A stretch of 64,000 bases of DNA, taken from the NCBI GenBank assembly GCA_905178155.1, contig CAJINV010000008.1, forward strand, positions 3,167,303 to 3,231,302, written 5' to 3'. A program made the position numbers and the translations under genes. The notes under the pieces are model-generated. The model worked only from the letters and a program-made list of their open reading frames with translations, searched no databases and had not been told where the DNA came from. This document shows, piece by piece, positions 63,839 to 64,000 of the stretch (its first letter is position 1; each line of letters opens with the position of its first letter). Origin of the DNA: Amoebophrya sp. A120 (Eukaryota > Protista > Dinoflagellata).

Positions 63839-64000
63839 TGTAGGTGAGATCAGAATGCAAATCTGTATCGATCCACATTCGCACCCTGATTCCAGATGAA
63901 ATGACGCCACAAAATCCACGATCTGAAATGACATGATCATCTGTAGTACCACGCTGGTTTGCTGCACATTCAGCAAATGAGCATGATGATGATGATGTTT
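63839..64000 (+). repeat. 3' LTR (partial)
   Basis: Identical to 58013-58174. Confidence 0.95.

Larger units (their letters stand above)
58013..64000 (+). mobile_element. Ty1/Copia LTR retrotransposon, near full length; 3' LTR truncated by the window edge
   Basis: LTR starts TGTAGGTGAG at 58013 and 63839, identical over the 162 bp visible. A polypurine tract precedes 63839. Domain order is gag-PR-IN-RT-RH. Confidence 0.96.

Overview
Eukaryotic (alveolate) genomic DNA. The intron architecture most resembles the parasitic dinoflagellate Amoebophrya (Syndiniales); this is an inference. The main feature is about 46 short (150-390 bp) MITE-like inserts that interrupt coding sequence. Each typically has TAT...ATA termini, terminal inverted repeats (TIRs; at least 8 families, labelled A-H), a flanking 5-bp direct repeat (DR), and shared internal GCAT(G/C)ACA motifs. 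They lack regular GT-AG ends. Removing each element plus one DR copy restores the reading frame. This rebuilds an ECM29 proteasome adaptor gene (14339-32789, 33 inserts, 2801 aa by hand assembly) and the 3' part of a CEP76/CC2D2A-like gene (8 inserts). Members of one family occur in both orientations within one gene. Neighbouring RPS8, GNL3/Nug1-like GTPase and sirtuin genes have only canonical GT-AG introns. Also present: a young Ty1/Copia LTR retrotransposon inside an intron, an SPFH-domain gene, a membrane-protein gene, other MITEs, a five-hairpin palindromic cassette (9471-9799), a GpC-depleted AT-rich tract of about 2 kb, and a degraded, repeat-rich first 13 kb. All coordinates and counts were made by eye.
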